DNA of 64,000 bases from a bacterium. GTDB taxonomy: Bacteria; Bacteroidota; Ignavibacteria; UBA10030. Position numbers and translations under genes: made by a program. Below, piece after piece: positions 31,446 through 41,469 of the stretch. The DNA lies in assembly GCA_043803945.1 (NCBI GenBank), contig JAZDJN010000061.1:64001-128000 (forward strand), written 5' to 3'. The notes beneath the pieces are model-generated. The model had not been told where the DNA came from, searched no databases, and worked only from the letters and a program-made list of their open reading frames with translations. Each line of letters starts with the position of its first letter. The first letter of the stretch is position 1.

Positions 31446-32969
31446 TTACCGGCAAATTTCTTGCAGGACATTCCCTCGTTCATCTCGCAGGGTTATCACA
31501 AGCGGCATTTCTCCGGGCAACGAGTGTGTTGCACATGCATTGCATGGATCGTATGCACGAAATGCCATCTCAATCATATTGAGCAAACCATCATTCACTA
31601 TACCGCCATGAATAAGTCCCTTCGCCGCTTTCTCCACGCTCATGGCAATACGGGCTGAATTGTTTTGTGTTGCAACAATCAGGTTTGCTTTTGTGATGAG
31701 ACCCTTTTCATCCGTCTCATAATGATGATACAGAGTGCCGCGCGGTGCTTCCACCACACCGACTCCCATACGCGGAGTTGCCGTTGGGATCGTTCGGATT
31801 TCTTTACTGGTGATCTCGGGATCGTTGGCAAGCTCGACCATCTTCTCCGCGGCCTGAATCATCTCCACAACGCGTGCCCAGTGATTTGCCAGCGTATGAT
31901 GAACCGGTTTGCCTCCAAGCACTTTGAAGTATTCTTCATACGCTTTTTGCGCGATCGGAGTTGCCATGCCATCGGCAGCATTCAGCCGGGCCAATGGTGC
32001 AACGGAATAGACTCCACTTTCCGCTCCTTCGATGAAACCTTTCCAGCCGACTTTTTTCAAGTAACAGAACTTCACATAGCTCCATGGTTCCACATGCTCC
32101 GCGATGTGTTCAAGGTACTCCTGCGGTTTGAATTTTGCGAACTTCTTCCCCGAAGGATCGACGACACGAATTTTTCCGTCGTAGAAGTCTACCTGGTTGT
32201 TATCATTCACCAATCCCATGTAGTATGTCTTGTGTGTGTATGTATCAGACGTAATCAACTTGACATACTCAGGATTTTTCAGAACGATATCGTTGAAGAC
32301 CTGCAGCGTAAATTGTGCAAACTCCAAGCCATCTTTCGCCAGTTCCTTCAATTTTGGCAGTTCCTCAGGAGCGATCCCTTTTGCCACACCGCCGGGGAGG
32401 CCAAAGACCGGATGGATCACCTTCCCGCCGGCATAAGTAATAAAATCGCGGAGACGATGCCGCATGGAGATGACCTTCTTTCCTACTTCGATCCCTACTT
32501 TGTTGATGACACCGAGAACGTTGCGCATCTCCTTCGGAGCTGTCGGCCCAACGATGAAATCGGGGCCGCCGAGAATGTACACGTGCAGTGCATGATCCTC
32601 CAGGTAGAATGTATTATAAATGAGGTCACGAATTTTTCTTCCCGCTGATGGCGGTTCAACCTTATAGAGATCGTCGAGTGCTTTCGTTCCCGCCATGTGA
32701 TGCGCCGTAGGACATACACCGCAGATGCGGCTGGTGATTTGAGGCATATCTTCTGCAGGCCGACCAAGGGAAAATATTTCAAATCCACGGAGCTCAGGAA
32801 TTTGGTAGAATGCCTTCTTCACCTCTCCCTGTTCATCCAGGATAATGTCGATCTTGCCATGCCCTTCCAGGCGTGTAATTGGATCGATGGTGACTCTTCT
32901 TGAATTCATATACGAAGCATTGGCTTTTGCCTGTGCTTCATTCCATGTGGTTTGTATGTTCTGTTCCAT
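31446..32969 (-). CDS. mvhA: Group 3c [NiFe]-hydrogenase large subunit MvhA
   Basis: IDPITRLEGHGKI, L1 RICGVC, L2 YDPCNACATHSLPG, NMIEMAFRAYDPC; downstream of hdr-mvhDG. Confidence 0.92.
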   Translation of the reverse strand: MEQNIQTTWNEAQAKANASYMNSRRVTIDPITRLEGHGKIDIILDEQGEVKKAFYQIPELRGFEIFSLGRPAEDMPQITSRICGVCPTAHHMAGTKALDDLYKVEPPSAGRKIRDLIYNTFYLEDHALHVYILGGPDFIVGPTAPKEMRNVLGVINKVGIEVGKKVISMRHRLRDFITYAGGKVIHPVFGLPGGVAKGIAPEELPKLKELAKDGLEFAQFTLQVFNDIVLKNPEYVKLITSDTYTHKTYYMGLVNDNNQVDFYDGKIRVVDPSGKKFAKFKPQEYLEHIAEHVEPWSYVKFCYLKKVGWKGFIEGAESGVYSVAPLARLNAADGMATPIAQKAYEEYFKVLGGKPVHHTLANHWARVVEMIQAAEKMVELANDPEITSKEIRTIPTATPRMGVGVVEAPRGTLYHHYETDEKGLITKANLIVATQNNSARIAMSVEKAAKGLIHGGIVNDGLLNMIEMAFRAYDPCNACATHSLPGEMPLVITLRDERGNVLQEICR

Positions 32970-33022
32970 TCAAAGGTACTCCGAAGTGCTTGTTCGATCT
33001 ACTATTGTTCGCTTGAGAATCC

Positions 33023-33180
33023 TCAATCGCTTTACCACTGATGACACACCGATTTACCCCGTTATTTGCGGTTGAATTAAAAAATGCGCCAAATCTTTTG
33101 GAGCTTGGACCCCCAAGGTCAATCTTTATTTTTTCATCGGTGCTCATCTGTGTGCCATCCGTGGTGAGAAAAGCGATTGA
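33023..33180. repeat. About 160-bp miniature inverted-repeat element
   Basis: Ends tcaatcgcttt-accactgatgacacaccgat and atctgtgtgccatccgtggt..aaagcgattga. Bases 33035-33063 match the reverse complement of 16094-16122 at 27 of 29 positions. Confidence 0.65.
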
Positions 33181-33816
33181 CTACTTTCTATCACTGGGCA
33201 GCAACGTTCGTCTCACGGGATGCCGGAGAATCGTTTTCAATTGTTCCGGTTTCGACCGGCGCGGGTCGCCGAGATAAATCTCATGATGCCTGCCATGCAA
33301 TTCCAGATTTCGCTCCTCGACAGCATGGTGGAGTCGTACAATCGTTGCTGCTTCTGTCGAGTACGGGCCAATGTGAAGGAGTTGTGCCGAGAGCCCCTCG
33401 CTATAGCTCGCCATCCTGATGCTGCCCAGCGAGGGAAGATCTTTTTTCTCTTTCGCGGCCTTCATCGTTTTCTTCACATCGCTCTTCGTCACTACCGATG
33501 GCATGAGAGTCATCAGCGTCCAGCACCACTCGGACCTTCGGGCAATATCGAACGGTGAATCATCTTTCATCCACCATATTCCCTCCAGCGCCATTACCGG
33601 AAAATCGATTTGCTTCTCCCGCTTGAAGGAAAACTTCAAAGTATACGCAAGCGCATAGAGTGATTGTATGGCATTCTGAAAGAGGTGCGATTCCGGCTCA
33701 CCCACACCATCGATCATTAGAAAGGGAAGTTTTGGGACTTCAATAAATTCGACTTCTTTTGCTGTTGACGAATAGAGTGCTTTGAATTCTTTCTTCATGT
33801 CAAGCTTTTTCATCAC
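33181..33816 (-). CDS. GyrI-like small-molecule-binding domain protein
   Basis: FLMIDGVGEP, LEGIWW, LHIGPY and HHEIYLGDPRR motifs. Confidence 0.88.
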   Translation of the reverse strand: MMKKLDMKKEFKALYSSTAKEVEFIEVPKLPFLMIDGVGEPESHLFQNAIQSLYALAYTLKFSFKREKQIDFPVMALEGIWWMKDDSPFDIARRSEWCWTLMTLMPSVVTKSDVKKTMKAAKEKKDLPSLGSIRMASYSEGLSAQLLHIGPYSTEAATIVRLHHAVEERNLELHGRHHEIYLGDPRRSKPEQLKTILRHPVRRTLLPSDRK

Positions 33817-34265
33817 GTTGGGACCTTTCTGAAAAGTTTTGCAAACCAGCGATGCACAGCATGCCCTCCGGTGATCGGTTCAAGAAACATGAAGATGCAA
33901 TGATGATGGATCACTTGAATCTTCTTCTCGCGGCAAAAGTTGAGAATGCTTTCAGATTCTGTCCCCTGTTGCAGCCAGATGTACGGGATGCCCAGTGTGG
34001 ACGAATCCTGAACGACCTTCTCAGCTTCGTGCGGCGGCACGAGGACTACAACAGCATCGATTTGATGAGGGATGCTTTTAAGATCCGGGTAGCATGGATC
34101 TTGTTCAACTTTTTCAGCCCGTGAGTTCACCGGGTAAACTTCAAATCCTTTGGCTTTCATCTCACGATACACCGCGGAGCTGAATTTTTTCGGATTACGG
34201 GATACACCCACAACAGCATACCGTTTCTGTTTGAAGAAGTCATCGATGACCTGCTTTGTTATCAT
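33813..34265 (-). CDS. CoA-binding protein (YccU-like)
   Basis: YAVVGVSRNPKK, VYPVN and IWLQQG motifs. Start moved to MITKQ because the longer ORF reads through REP repeats. Confidence 0.88.
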   Translation of the reverse strand: MITKQVIDDFFKQKRYAVVGVSRNPKKFSSAVYREMKAKGFEVYPVNSRAEKVEQDPCYPDLKSIPHQIDAVVVLVPPHEAEKVVQDSSTLGIPYIWLQQGTESESILNFCREKKIQVIHHHCIFMFLEPITGGHAVHRWFAKLFRKVPT

Positions 34266-34292
34266 GATTACTAAGGTTGACCCTTTTATTAA

Positions 34293-34449
34293 GGGGTTGA
34301 AACCCCTGTTAATATTTACTTGATTTTGGTTGCCACGCCCTAAAGGACGTGGCACTTCCCCCGACCTTCCCGCCAGACCCACAGCGTCTGTCGGGCTGGC
34401 AGGTCGGGGATAGATAGAATATAATAAAAACATCTATGGGCTTTAGCCC
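34293..34449. repeat. Cluster of REP-like palindromes
   Basis: ggggttgaaacccc, tgccacgccctaaaggacgtggca, ccccgacct..cgccagaccc..gggctggcaggtcgggg and gggctttagccc. Confidence 0.7.
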
Positions 34450-34478
34450 TTGTTAAATTTGGCGTCAACTTAAAATGA

Positions 34479-35403
34479 TTAATTATTCTTTAAGTCCACT
34501 TTTCTGCGGAGAAGGGATTTCGGCAATCCATAGCGATAGAATGTACCGACCGGGTCCGGTATGGTTGCCAGTGTCGCATCAGCACCTGCATCATCCTTCG
34601 CACTTATTTGGGAAGCGAGAGCAGAAAGGATCTTCGCTCCTTGATCTTTTACTCGGGATGTCGGTCCGAAACACCCGGTGCAAGGCATGTTACCAGCCGT
34701 GCATGATCCTCCGCAGCCTCCGCGTGTGGCAGGCCCCATGCAGACAATTCCTTGAGCCAGCAAACAGAGGTTCGGATCGATTTGCGTCCAATGCGGACGT
34801 TTGAATTCTGTGAAAGCAAGATCCGAAGGCTTTGAATCTTTCTTGGAACACTCCTCGCACATCGCTATGTCAGGAGCGAGCACTGTGCCTTTGGGCGGCA
34901 GCGTACCGGAAAGCAACGTCTCGAGTGCCGCCTTCAAGAGTTTTGGTACGGGCGGGCAGCCGGGCAGATAGTAATCGACATCGATTACCTGATCGAGTGC
35001 CCGGACCAGATTGCGAAATTCAGGGAGTGTGACCGAAGTTCCATTCAGTTTCAGAGAAGTAGCCGGACGGATTCGATCATCGTTCACCGTCGAAGGCGAT
35101 CCTTCATAGACATACTGAAGGATCTGTTCACGGGAGAATTGATTTGCCAATCCCGGAATACCGCCGAGATGAGCACACGAACCAAACGCGACGATCACTT
35201 TACTCTTCTTCCGGAGCAGATGTGCCATCTCTTCCTGCTCGGAAGTCCGGACTGCACCATTAATCATCGTGCAGAGAATCTCGCCATCCTTCATTGCTTC
35301 AACGTCCGCTCGCTTGAAATCCATCGCAACCGGCCAGAGAACAATGTCGACCGCCGCGACAACCGCCAGGATATCTTCCGCCAGGTCGACGACCGATTCT
35401 TCC
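34479..35403 (-). pseudogene. mvhG: mvhG small subunit, 5'-truncated by deletion
   Basis: Homology begins at [12 protein letters not shown], so the N-terminal CxxCGGC ligands and start codon are absent. The rest is intact: FGSCA, PGCPP, CEEC, CMGPATRGGC, CTGCFG. Confidence 0.85.
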
Positions 35404-35643
35404 AATGAGCACGCCATCGGCGCCGTTGGCAAACGCATCGAGGATAAATTGCGGGTCAATACGCCCCGAGCACATCACGCGAATGATGCGGAAGTAGGGG
35501 GCATGTTTCAACCGGGATACGCCAGCGAGATCTGCAGCCGTGTAGGTGCACCAATTACAAAAGAAGGCAACGATTCTCGGCTGCCAACCATTTGCTGGTC
35601 CATTCTGTTGTTCTGCTGTCTGTTGCATACTCTGACTCTCCAT
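35402..35643 (-). pseudogene. mvhD: mvhD, 3'-truncated and fused out of frame to mvhG
   Basis: [16 protein letters not shown]...VMCSGRIDP...GADGVLIG, then an abrupt switch; the GCHxGDCHY motif and C-terminal half are missing. Confidence 0.88.
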
Positions 35644-35688
35644 GTACGTCCTATTCACAATTGACTAATCTAATCACGATTTTGTGCA

Positions 35689-37722
35689 CTAGTTGCAGCA
35701 CGCAGCTTCTAACTGCTCCATAGGCATTGTCGCATTCAAGAGACCATAGATCTCGCTGAAGATTTCTTCATCTTCAAACAGATTTTGTTTGATCGCACTT
35801 GACGGACAGGTCGCCACACACGTTCCGCATCCTTTACACAGCGCCTCATTGATCATGGCTTTCTGTTTTACCTCATCACGGCTGATGGCATTGTAAGGGC
35901 AGATGGTGAGACACGTTTTGCATCCCGAGCATTCTTCCTCGACAACGAATGCCGTATTTGGCTCGAGTTCCACTTCGCCGCGATCGATGAGCGAGAGTAC
36001 CTGTGCCGCAGCCGCACCTGCCTGTGCAACACTATCGGGAATATCCTTCGGGCCCTGACATGCCCCGGCGATAAAGACTCCATCAGTGAAGGTATCGACT
36101 GGTGCAAGCTTTGGGTGACGTTCGAGGAAGAATCCCTCGGTCGAACATGAGATGTTGAAGAGCCGGCGGACATCCTGCGCATCGTCATGCGGTTCCATAC
36201 CGACTGCGAGGACCACCATATCGACCGGGATGCGGCGGACAACGCCGATCATTGTATCTTCCACACGGATTACCAGCTTGCCCTCTTCTTCCGGACGAGC
36301 CGCCCAATCCGTAACCTCCGCTACACGCCCGCGAATAAAGTGCACGTTTTCATCGAGCAGCTTGTCATAGAATTCTTCGTACGCTTTCCCTGCTGCCCGA
36401 ATATCGATATAGAAGTTGTACACCTCAGCATCCGTATGCTCTTTCAGCAAGTGGGCCAGTTTCAGTGAATACATACAGCATGTGCGGGAGCACCATCGGT
36501 TGGTATTCTTATCCCGCGACCCAACGCAATGGATAATACCGATCGTCTTCGGATGGCGCCCATCGCGGAGAATAATATCGCCGCCGGTCGGACCGGAGGT
36601 ATTAACAAGCCGTTCAACTTCGAGCGACTTGTAAACATTCGGGAAGCGGCCATAGCCATAGTACGGTGTTCTTACAGGATCGAAAGTTTTGAATCCGGTT
36701 GCCAGAATAATTGTGCCAACCCGGATTTCTTCAAACTTCGCTTCCTGTTTAAAATCAACCGCCTTCCGGTCACATTTCTCCGCACAGGTTTTCTTGCATC
36801 GTCCTGACTTAAACTCGATGGATGTTTCCGGATCGATGACCACCAATTGCGGTGTGGCCTGAGGAAAGGGAATATAGATTGGTTTCCGCTTTGCCAGGCC
36901 CTGATTGAATTCATCAGGATACTTCCCTTCTTTGTAGACACAAGCTTCGATACACTCCATGCAGCCAACGCATAACTCTTCATTGATATAGCGCGGTTTT
37001 CGCTTCACGCCAATTGTGAAGTTACCAACATACACTTCTACTTTTACGACTTTGAAGTATGACCAGAGTGTAATGTTGGGGTAATTTTTTACGTGCGACA
37101 TTTTTGGAGTGAGAATGCAGGCTGCGCAGTCCAGGGTCGGGAATGTCTTGTCGAACATAGCCATATGGCCGCCAATTGTCGCTTCGCGCTCCACGAGGAA
37201 GACCTTCTTACCGGCATTGGCAAGCGTGAGAGCAGCATGAATACCGGCAATACCGCCGCCCACGATAAGAACATCAGGATGAATCTTGACAGTCTTTGGC
37301 ACCAGCGGCTTATGATGATAGACCCTCTGCACAGCCGCACGTGTAAGATCCATCACCTTCAGAGTTGCTTCCTGGGGATCTTCATGAACCCAGGAGACGT
37401 TTTCACGGATGTTCACCATCTGAAAGAAGAATGGATTCAATCCTCCTTTTTCTGTCGCCTTCCGGAACGTCTGTTCATGCAGTAACGGTGAGCAAGAGGC
37501 AACGACGTTACGATTCAGTCTTTGATCGCGGATGTCAGACTGGATCAACTCCTGACCGGGATCCGAACACATATATTTATATTCGCGTGAAACAACCACT
37601 CCGGGAAGCTTTGCAACATATTCAGCAACCGCTTTTACATTGACCTTGCCGGCAATATTGTGTCCGCAATGGCACACGGAAAATCCGATTCGGATTGCTC
37701 CGTTTGATTTTATCTCAGACAT
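35689..37722 (-). CDS. hdrA: Heterodisulfide reductase subunit A (open frame, several atypical substitutions)
   Basis: CHCGHNI, YMCSDPG, VGGGIAG, DKTFPTLDCAAC, HCVGSRD, CSRTCCMYS and AGACQGPKDIP motifs; C-terminal 2x[4Fe-4S]. Confidence 0.93.
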   Translation of the reverse strand: MSEIKSNGAIRIGFSVCHCGHNIAGKVNVKAVAEYVAKLPGVVVSREYKYMCSDPGQELIQSDIRDQRLNRNVVASCSPLLHEQTFRKATEKGGLNPFFFQMVNIRENVSWVHEDPQEATLKVMDLTRAAVQRVYHHKPLVPKTVKIHPDVLIVGGGIAGIHAALTLANAGKKVFLVEREATIGGHMAMFDKTFPTLDCAACILTPKMSHVKNYPNITLWSYFKVVKVEVYVGNFTIGVKRKPRYINEELCVGCMECIEACVYKEGKYPDEFNQGLAKRKPIYIPFPQATPQLVVIDPETSIEFKSGRCKKTCAEKCDRKAVDFKQEAKFEEIRVGTIILATGFKTFDPVRTPYYGYGRFPNVYKSLEVERLVNTSGPTGGDIILRDGRHPKTIGIIHCVGSRDKNTNRWCSRTCCMYSLKLAHLLKEHTDAEVYNFYIDIRAAGKAYEEFYDKLLDENVHFIRGRVAEVTDWAARPEEEGKLVIRVEDTMIGVVRRIPVDMVVLAVGMEPHDDAQDVRRLFNISCSTEGFFLERHPKLAPVDTFTDGVFIAGACQGPKDIPDSVAQAGAAAAQVLSLIDRGEVELEPNTAFVVEEECSGCKTCLTICPYNAISRDEVKQKAMINEALCKGCGTCVATCPSSAIKQNLFEDEEIFSEIYGLLNATMPMEQLEAACCN

Positions 37723-38614
37723 GGACGTTCTCTCCCTTCTTCACATCACTATGCTCATAGTGTGGCGGAATAAACAGGCGCTGCATACCAAGCTTTTTTT
37801 CTGATACGCCTAAAGCGATTCCGAGCAATTGAGTGAAATAGGCAATGGGGAGATTCAGATTCTCATCAAAGTTCCGATTGATTCGAGGTTGATAGCATTC
37901 CAGATTATGCTGGCAGAGAGGGCAACAGGTGAGCATGATATCTGCACCGCGCTTCGTCGCCTCTCTCAGAAGCGATCGGTTCAATCGCAGTCCAGCTTCC
38001 TGGATTGTGCCTGTTAAGCTGCCTCCGCAGCTGCGGGTTTTCATCGGCCAATCAAGCGGTTCCGCACCGATGGCTTATACCAGAGAATCCATCGTGGTCG
38101 GAAAATATGGATCGTCGAATGTCTTAAATGGTCGCACAACCTGGCAGCCGTAGTAACAAGCTACCTTGAATCCTTTCAAGGGAAGTTTAACTTTTTTTGC
38201 TATGCGGTCAATACCGTAATCATTCATCAACACATCCAGAGGGTGGCGCACTTTTGTTTTCCCCTGATAATGCAGATCGGCTTTAGCCAGTGCGGCGGTA
38301 ACCTCTTTATTCACTTCAGGGTATGATTCGAGATAACGCTGGGTTTTCGTGAGAACGAGGAAGCAGGCACTGCTTGGTGCAACAAGATCAGTTTGACCAT
38401 TTGTTTGTTGTTGTTCTGCCAGAACCAGGTTGCGCGCAGCAAGGGAAAATGCCTCCATTTCATCGATGGACACATAGGCTGTAGCGCCGCAGCAATTCCA
38501 GTCCTTTAATTCCGTAAGCTCAATTTCAAGTGCTTCAAAGACCGCGAGCATCGACTCTTCATAAGCTCGTCCGGTGCTTCTGAGTGAACATCCCGGGTAA
38601 TAGAGGTATTTCAT
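37715..38614 (-). pseudogene. hdrB: Heterodisulfide reductase subunit B with in-frame TAA at 38075-38077
   Basis: YYPGCSL, WNCCG and YYGCQ motifs; ...DSLV-TAA-AIGAEPLDWPMKTRSCGG...CPLCQ continues in the same frame. Confidence 0.9.
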
Positions 38615-39261
38615 TTTCCATTCCCTCCTTTCGCCGGTTCGAGGGAGGCCATTATTTTCTGCAGTTGATCTATTTTTTGAATTCTTTCTCTCTTCAATGT
38701 CATCCGTCCGCGGAGGAAGAGCTTTATGCCGAGAATTGCTTCCTTGATCATGACAAATGGATTGGTGCGAAGATAAAGTCGAACGAGGAGCCAACTCTCA
38801 GTGTTTCGTCCGTTGCGCTTGATCATGCCATAGAATTCCTGTGCAAGCACCGGAATTGGTAATTGCCTCGGAAAAACCCCATGACTGATGGCATCACGTT
38901 TTAACGTGTACATCACATCAGTAATGTGAATCTGCCGTGGACATTGCACGGAGCAGGAATAGCAAGAGGCGCAGAGCCAGATGGTGAGACTATTGAGCAC
39001 TTCTTCTTTAAAACCTTCGCGTATCATCGCGATGATTTTTCTTGGCGTATAATCCATATAGTGGCTGAGCGGGCATGTGGCACTACACGTTCCACATTGG
39101 ATACAACTGAGCAGCTTCTGGCCATACGCCTTGTCGGCAATTGCTTCGCCGAATCCAAGGTCTAATTCTGATTCGTACTTGATCCGACGCACAACTTTTT
39201 TCATCGGCTCAATACGCATCGATCTTCTGGGTGTGACTGGTGGCGGGGATGGGAGACTCAT
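38611..39261 (-). CDS. hdrC: Heterodisulfide reductase subunit C
   Basis: CIQCGTCSATCP and IWLCASCYSCSVQCPR motifs. Confidence 0.93.
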   Translation of the reverse strand: MSLPSPPPVTPRRSMRIEPMKKVVRRIKYESELDLGFGEAIADKAYGQKLLSCIQCGTCSATCPLSHYMDYTPRKIIAMIREGFKEEVLNSLTIWLCASCYSCSVQCPRQIHITDVMYTLKRDAISHGVFPRQLPIPVLAQEFYGMIKRNGRNTESWLLVRLYLRTNPFVMIKEAILGIKLFLRGRMTLKRERIQKIDQLQKIMASLEPAKGGNGK

Positions 39262-39546
39262 CCTGTAATCCTCCTGATTATCTGTTTTTCAAGGCCAGAT
39301 CTTCCGCAAAAGTCGAGGAAAGTGAGAATCTCCAAAACAATGGAAAAATAGTATGAAAGTATATGTAGTAAGGAAAGGCATTATGTCCAAGTTTGGGTGA
39401 TTCAAAAAACTAACTCGTACAACTATTCTTGCGAAGCGTAATCTCGGGAGGTTGTCTGAAATCTTCCGCACGTGTTCGACTCTCTGCGATAAGGATTGGT
39501 CTTGAGTCTGTTTCAATTTGGAGAAAAGCAAATCGGTAAAATAACT

Positions 39547-39561
39547 TCAAGGATTGTACCA
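39547..39561 (-). promoter_or_regulatory. Sigma-54-like promoter upstream of hdrC
   Basis: TGGTAC-AATCC-TTGA on the minus strand. Confidence 0.55.
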
Positions 39562-39756
39562 TTACGCGAATGGTCAAATCAAAAAAATTGAAGCACTTAG
39601 CACAAAAAGATTTTGAAAAATCCCCAAATATGAAATGGAGCATTCCCAAGTATGAGGAGAGGATTAATCTTGAAGAATGACCTTCTGTTGCGTGCAAGAG
39701 TGATACTGAAGTAAGGATATCGTATCGAAGAGTTCAACTGTCCAAGACGTACTTGT

Positions 39757-40077
39757 TTACTTTTGAAACAGTGAAAATGCTTGATGATCATTTCCATGGC
39801 TGATCTTGCCATGAAATGTCTCAACCATAACAGCCTGGAGTGATGGAGGAGTAAGATATCGGGCAGTAATTTCAACTGGATCATCTTCGAAAATTCTTAG
39901 CTTTACGAAATTATAGACATGCCCATATTTTCGGTGGGAAATAAGGATGGTCTCTGAAGAAGTGACGAACGCCTTGGGATTCCGGATTGAATATCTTGCA
40001 AAGAATTCAAATGGCGTAAAGGACATACCGTCAATGGCTTCCTGCGACTGAACTACAAGGCTATTCTTTCTTTTCAC
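39757..40077 (-). CDS. Hypothetical protein, possibly the N-terminally truncated remnant of a VirK-like secreted protein
   Basis: Short ORF overlapping the CMD gene stop, with no signal peptide. The family resemblance is from memory only. Confidence 0.35.
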   Translation of the reverse strand: MKRKNSLVVQSQEAIDGMSFTPFEFFARYSIRNPKAFVTSSETILISHRKYGHVYNFVKLRIFEDDPVEITARYLTPPSLQAVMVETFHGKISHGNDHQAFSLFQK

Positions 40078-40426
40078 TTTGCTGTTCGTCTCTTAACGAA
40101 TCAATGGTTTCCACTGCATGACGCATATGCGGGATGACGATACTCCCACCAACGATGAGTGCAACATTCAACGCATCGAACAATTCTTCATCTTTCCAGC
40201 CAGCCTTGACACATTGTATCAAATGATAATCGATGCAATCATTGCAGCGAAGTACTGCTGAAGCAACAAGACCGAGCAGCTCTTTGGTTTTGCTATCCAA
40301 TACACCATCCTTATAAGCCGCCATATCCAGATTGAAGAACCTTTTAATTCCCAGATGATCAATCTGCAGTACTCGATCGTCCATTTTCTCTCGATAGTTC
40401 CGAAACTCCTCCAGACGTGTTGCCAT
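40061..40426 (-). CDS. Carboxymuconolactone decarboxylase / AhpD-like protein
   Basis: LDSKTKELLGLVAS and RCNDCIDYH motifs. Confidence 0.9.
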   Translation of the reverse strand: MATRLEEFRNYREKMDDRVLQIDHLGIKRFFNLDMAAYKDGVLDSKTKELLGLVASAVLRCNDCIDYHLIQCVKAGWKDEELFDALNVALIVGGSIVIPHMRHAVETIDSLRDEQQSEKKE

Positions 40427-40548
40427 GTCTTCTTCTTCTCCGACTTATTCCATGATGATACACATATTAATTAACATTACATCCATAATCGAAATGCCAA
40501 CTGCATTGAATGATGCTTGTTTTGGTTCGATGTGAGCCGAGCGAATAC

Positions 40549-41361
40549 TCACATAAACCAGTGTTTTTCCCGATGTACTGCATCGCCAAATTCGTATATG
40601 AACCGAAGCTCATTCGCATCGAGTGGACCCTCTCTGACGGCATTAAGATTTTCAAGAAATTCTCTCTCGCTCCTCGGGGCAGTCAGGCAGACATCAATTG
40701 CTGGATTGGTGAGGACGAAACGATATGCCATGCCGGGTGTCGGAATAGCTCTCTCCTTTGGCCACCCTTTCGGACGCCTCATGAGATATCGCCATCGGGT
40801 TGCCGTGTAACTGATCACTCCGGGATCATGCGTTAGTAACTTCGGGAATATTTCATGTTCTGCGCCGCGATGGGCTGCATTGTACCGCAGCATGAAAACA
40901 TCCAGGACTTCCTGTTGTGCCAATTTCCCAATGAGCTTTCGGTCATGACTTGAGATACCGATTGCCTTCACTTTCCCTTCTTCGCGAAATCGAATCATCG
41001 ATTCAACAACATGATCCGGAAGCTCCTTCTCATTCATAACACCCATGAAGAGAAAAACATCGATTGTCTCGGTGCCGAATTGCCTTAGGCGCCGCTCCAG
41101 TGTGCGGCGCATATCCGAATGGCCAAAGATATAATTGTATGCACCGGTAACGAGAACCTTGCCTTCACGTGCGGACTTGAACACATCCCTAAGTGCTCCG
41201 GTCAATTGAAAGTCGACACCAAATCCAAAGAAGAGATTCACTCCCTCATCGACGGCACGGAAGACCGTCTTCTTCCCAGGCCAGTACGATGCCGAGAGTC
41301 CAAGCCGAAACACCGGAATCCCGGTCCTTCCCAGAGTAGTATGAAGAAAGTTCTCATGCAT
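40549..41361 (-). CDS. Aldo/keto reductase family protein
   Basis: TLGRTG, IDVFL, GKVKAIGISSH and RYNAAH motifs. Confidence 0.85.
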   Translation of the reverse strand: MHENFLHTTLGRTGIPVFRLGLSASYWPGKKTVFRAVDEGVNLFFGFGVDFQLTGALRDVFKSAREGKVLVTGAYNYIFGHSDMRRTLERRLRQFGTETIDVFLFMGVMNEKELPDHVVESMIRFREEGKVKAIGISSHDRKLIGKLAQQEVLDVFMLRYNAAHRGAEHEIFPKLLTHDPGVISYTATRWRYLMRRPKGWPKERAIPTPGMAYRFVLTNPAIDVCLTAPRSEREFLENLNAVREGPLDANELRFIYEFGDAVHREKHWFM

Positions 41362-41469
41362 ATTGAACCCCCGAATCTCTCCAATGGTTTCTTACATTAA
41401 GATCTTGCAGACGGTTCTCCCTCTAGATCTAAGCTACCCGCGGCTCACCTTTCATTCCAGGCTGTTCTC

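Noticed and set aside
31665-32648. 327-aa plus-strand ORF and the many other plus-strand ORFs
   Set aside because: They are antisense shadows of well-supported minus-strand genes and carry no recognisable motifs.
34266-34433. N-terminal extension of the CoA-binding ORF
   Set aside because: It is translated REP-like palindromes; family homology starts at MITKQ.
35299-35459. Programmed frameshift producing an MvhD-MvhG fusion
   Set aside because: There is no slippery sequence, and essential Fe-S ligands of both proteins are physically absent.
38075-38077. Selenocysteine or pyrrolysine recoding of the hdrB internal stop
   Set aside because: The codon is TAA, not TGA or TAG, it is not at a Cys position, and other lesions point to decay.
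39289-39756. Short overlapping ORFs upstream of hdrC
   Set aside because: No motifs; the region is AT-rich, contains the sigma-54-like site and is best read as regulatory DNA.
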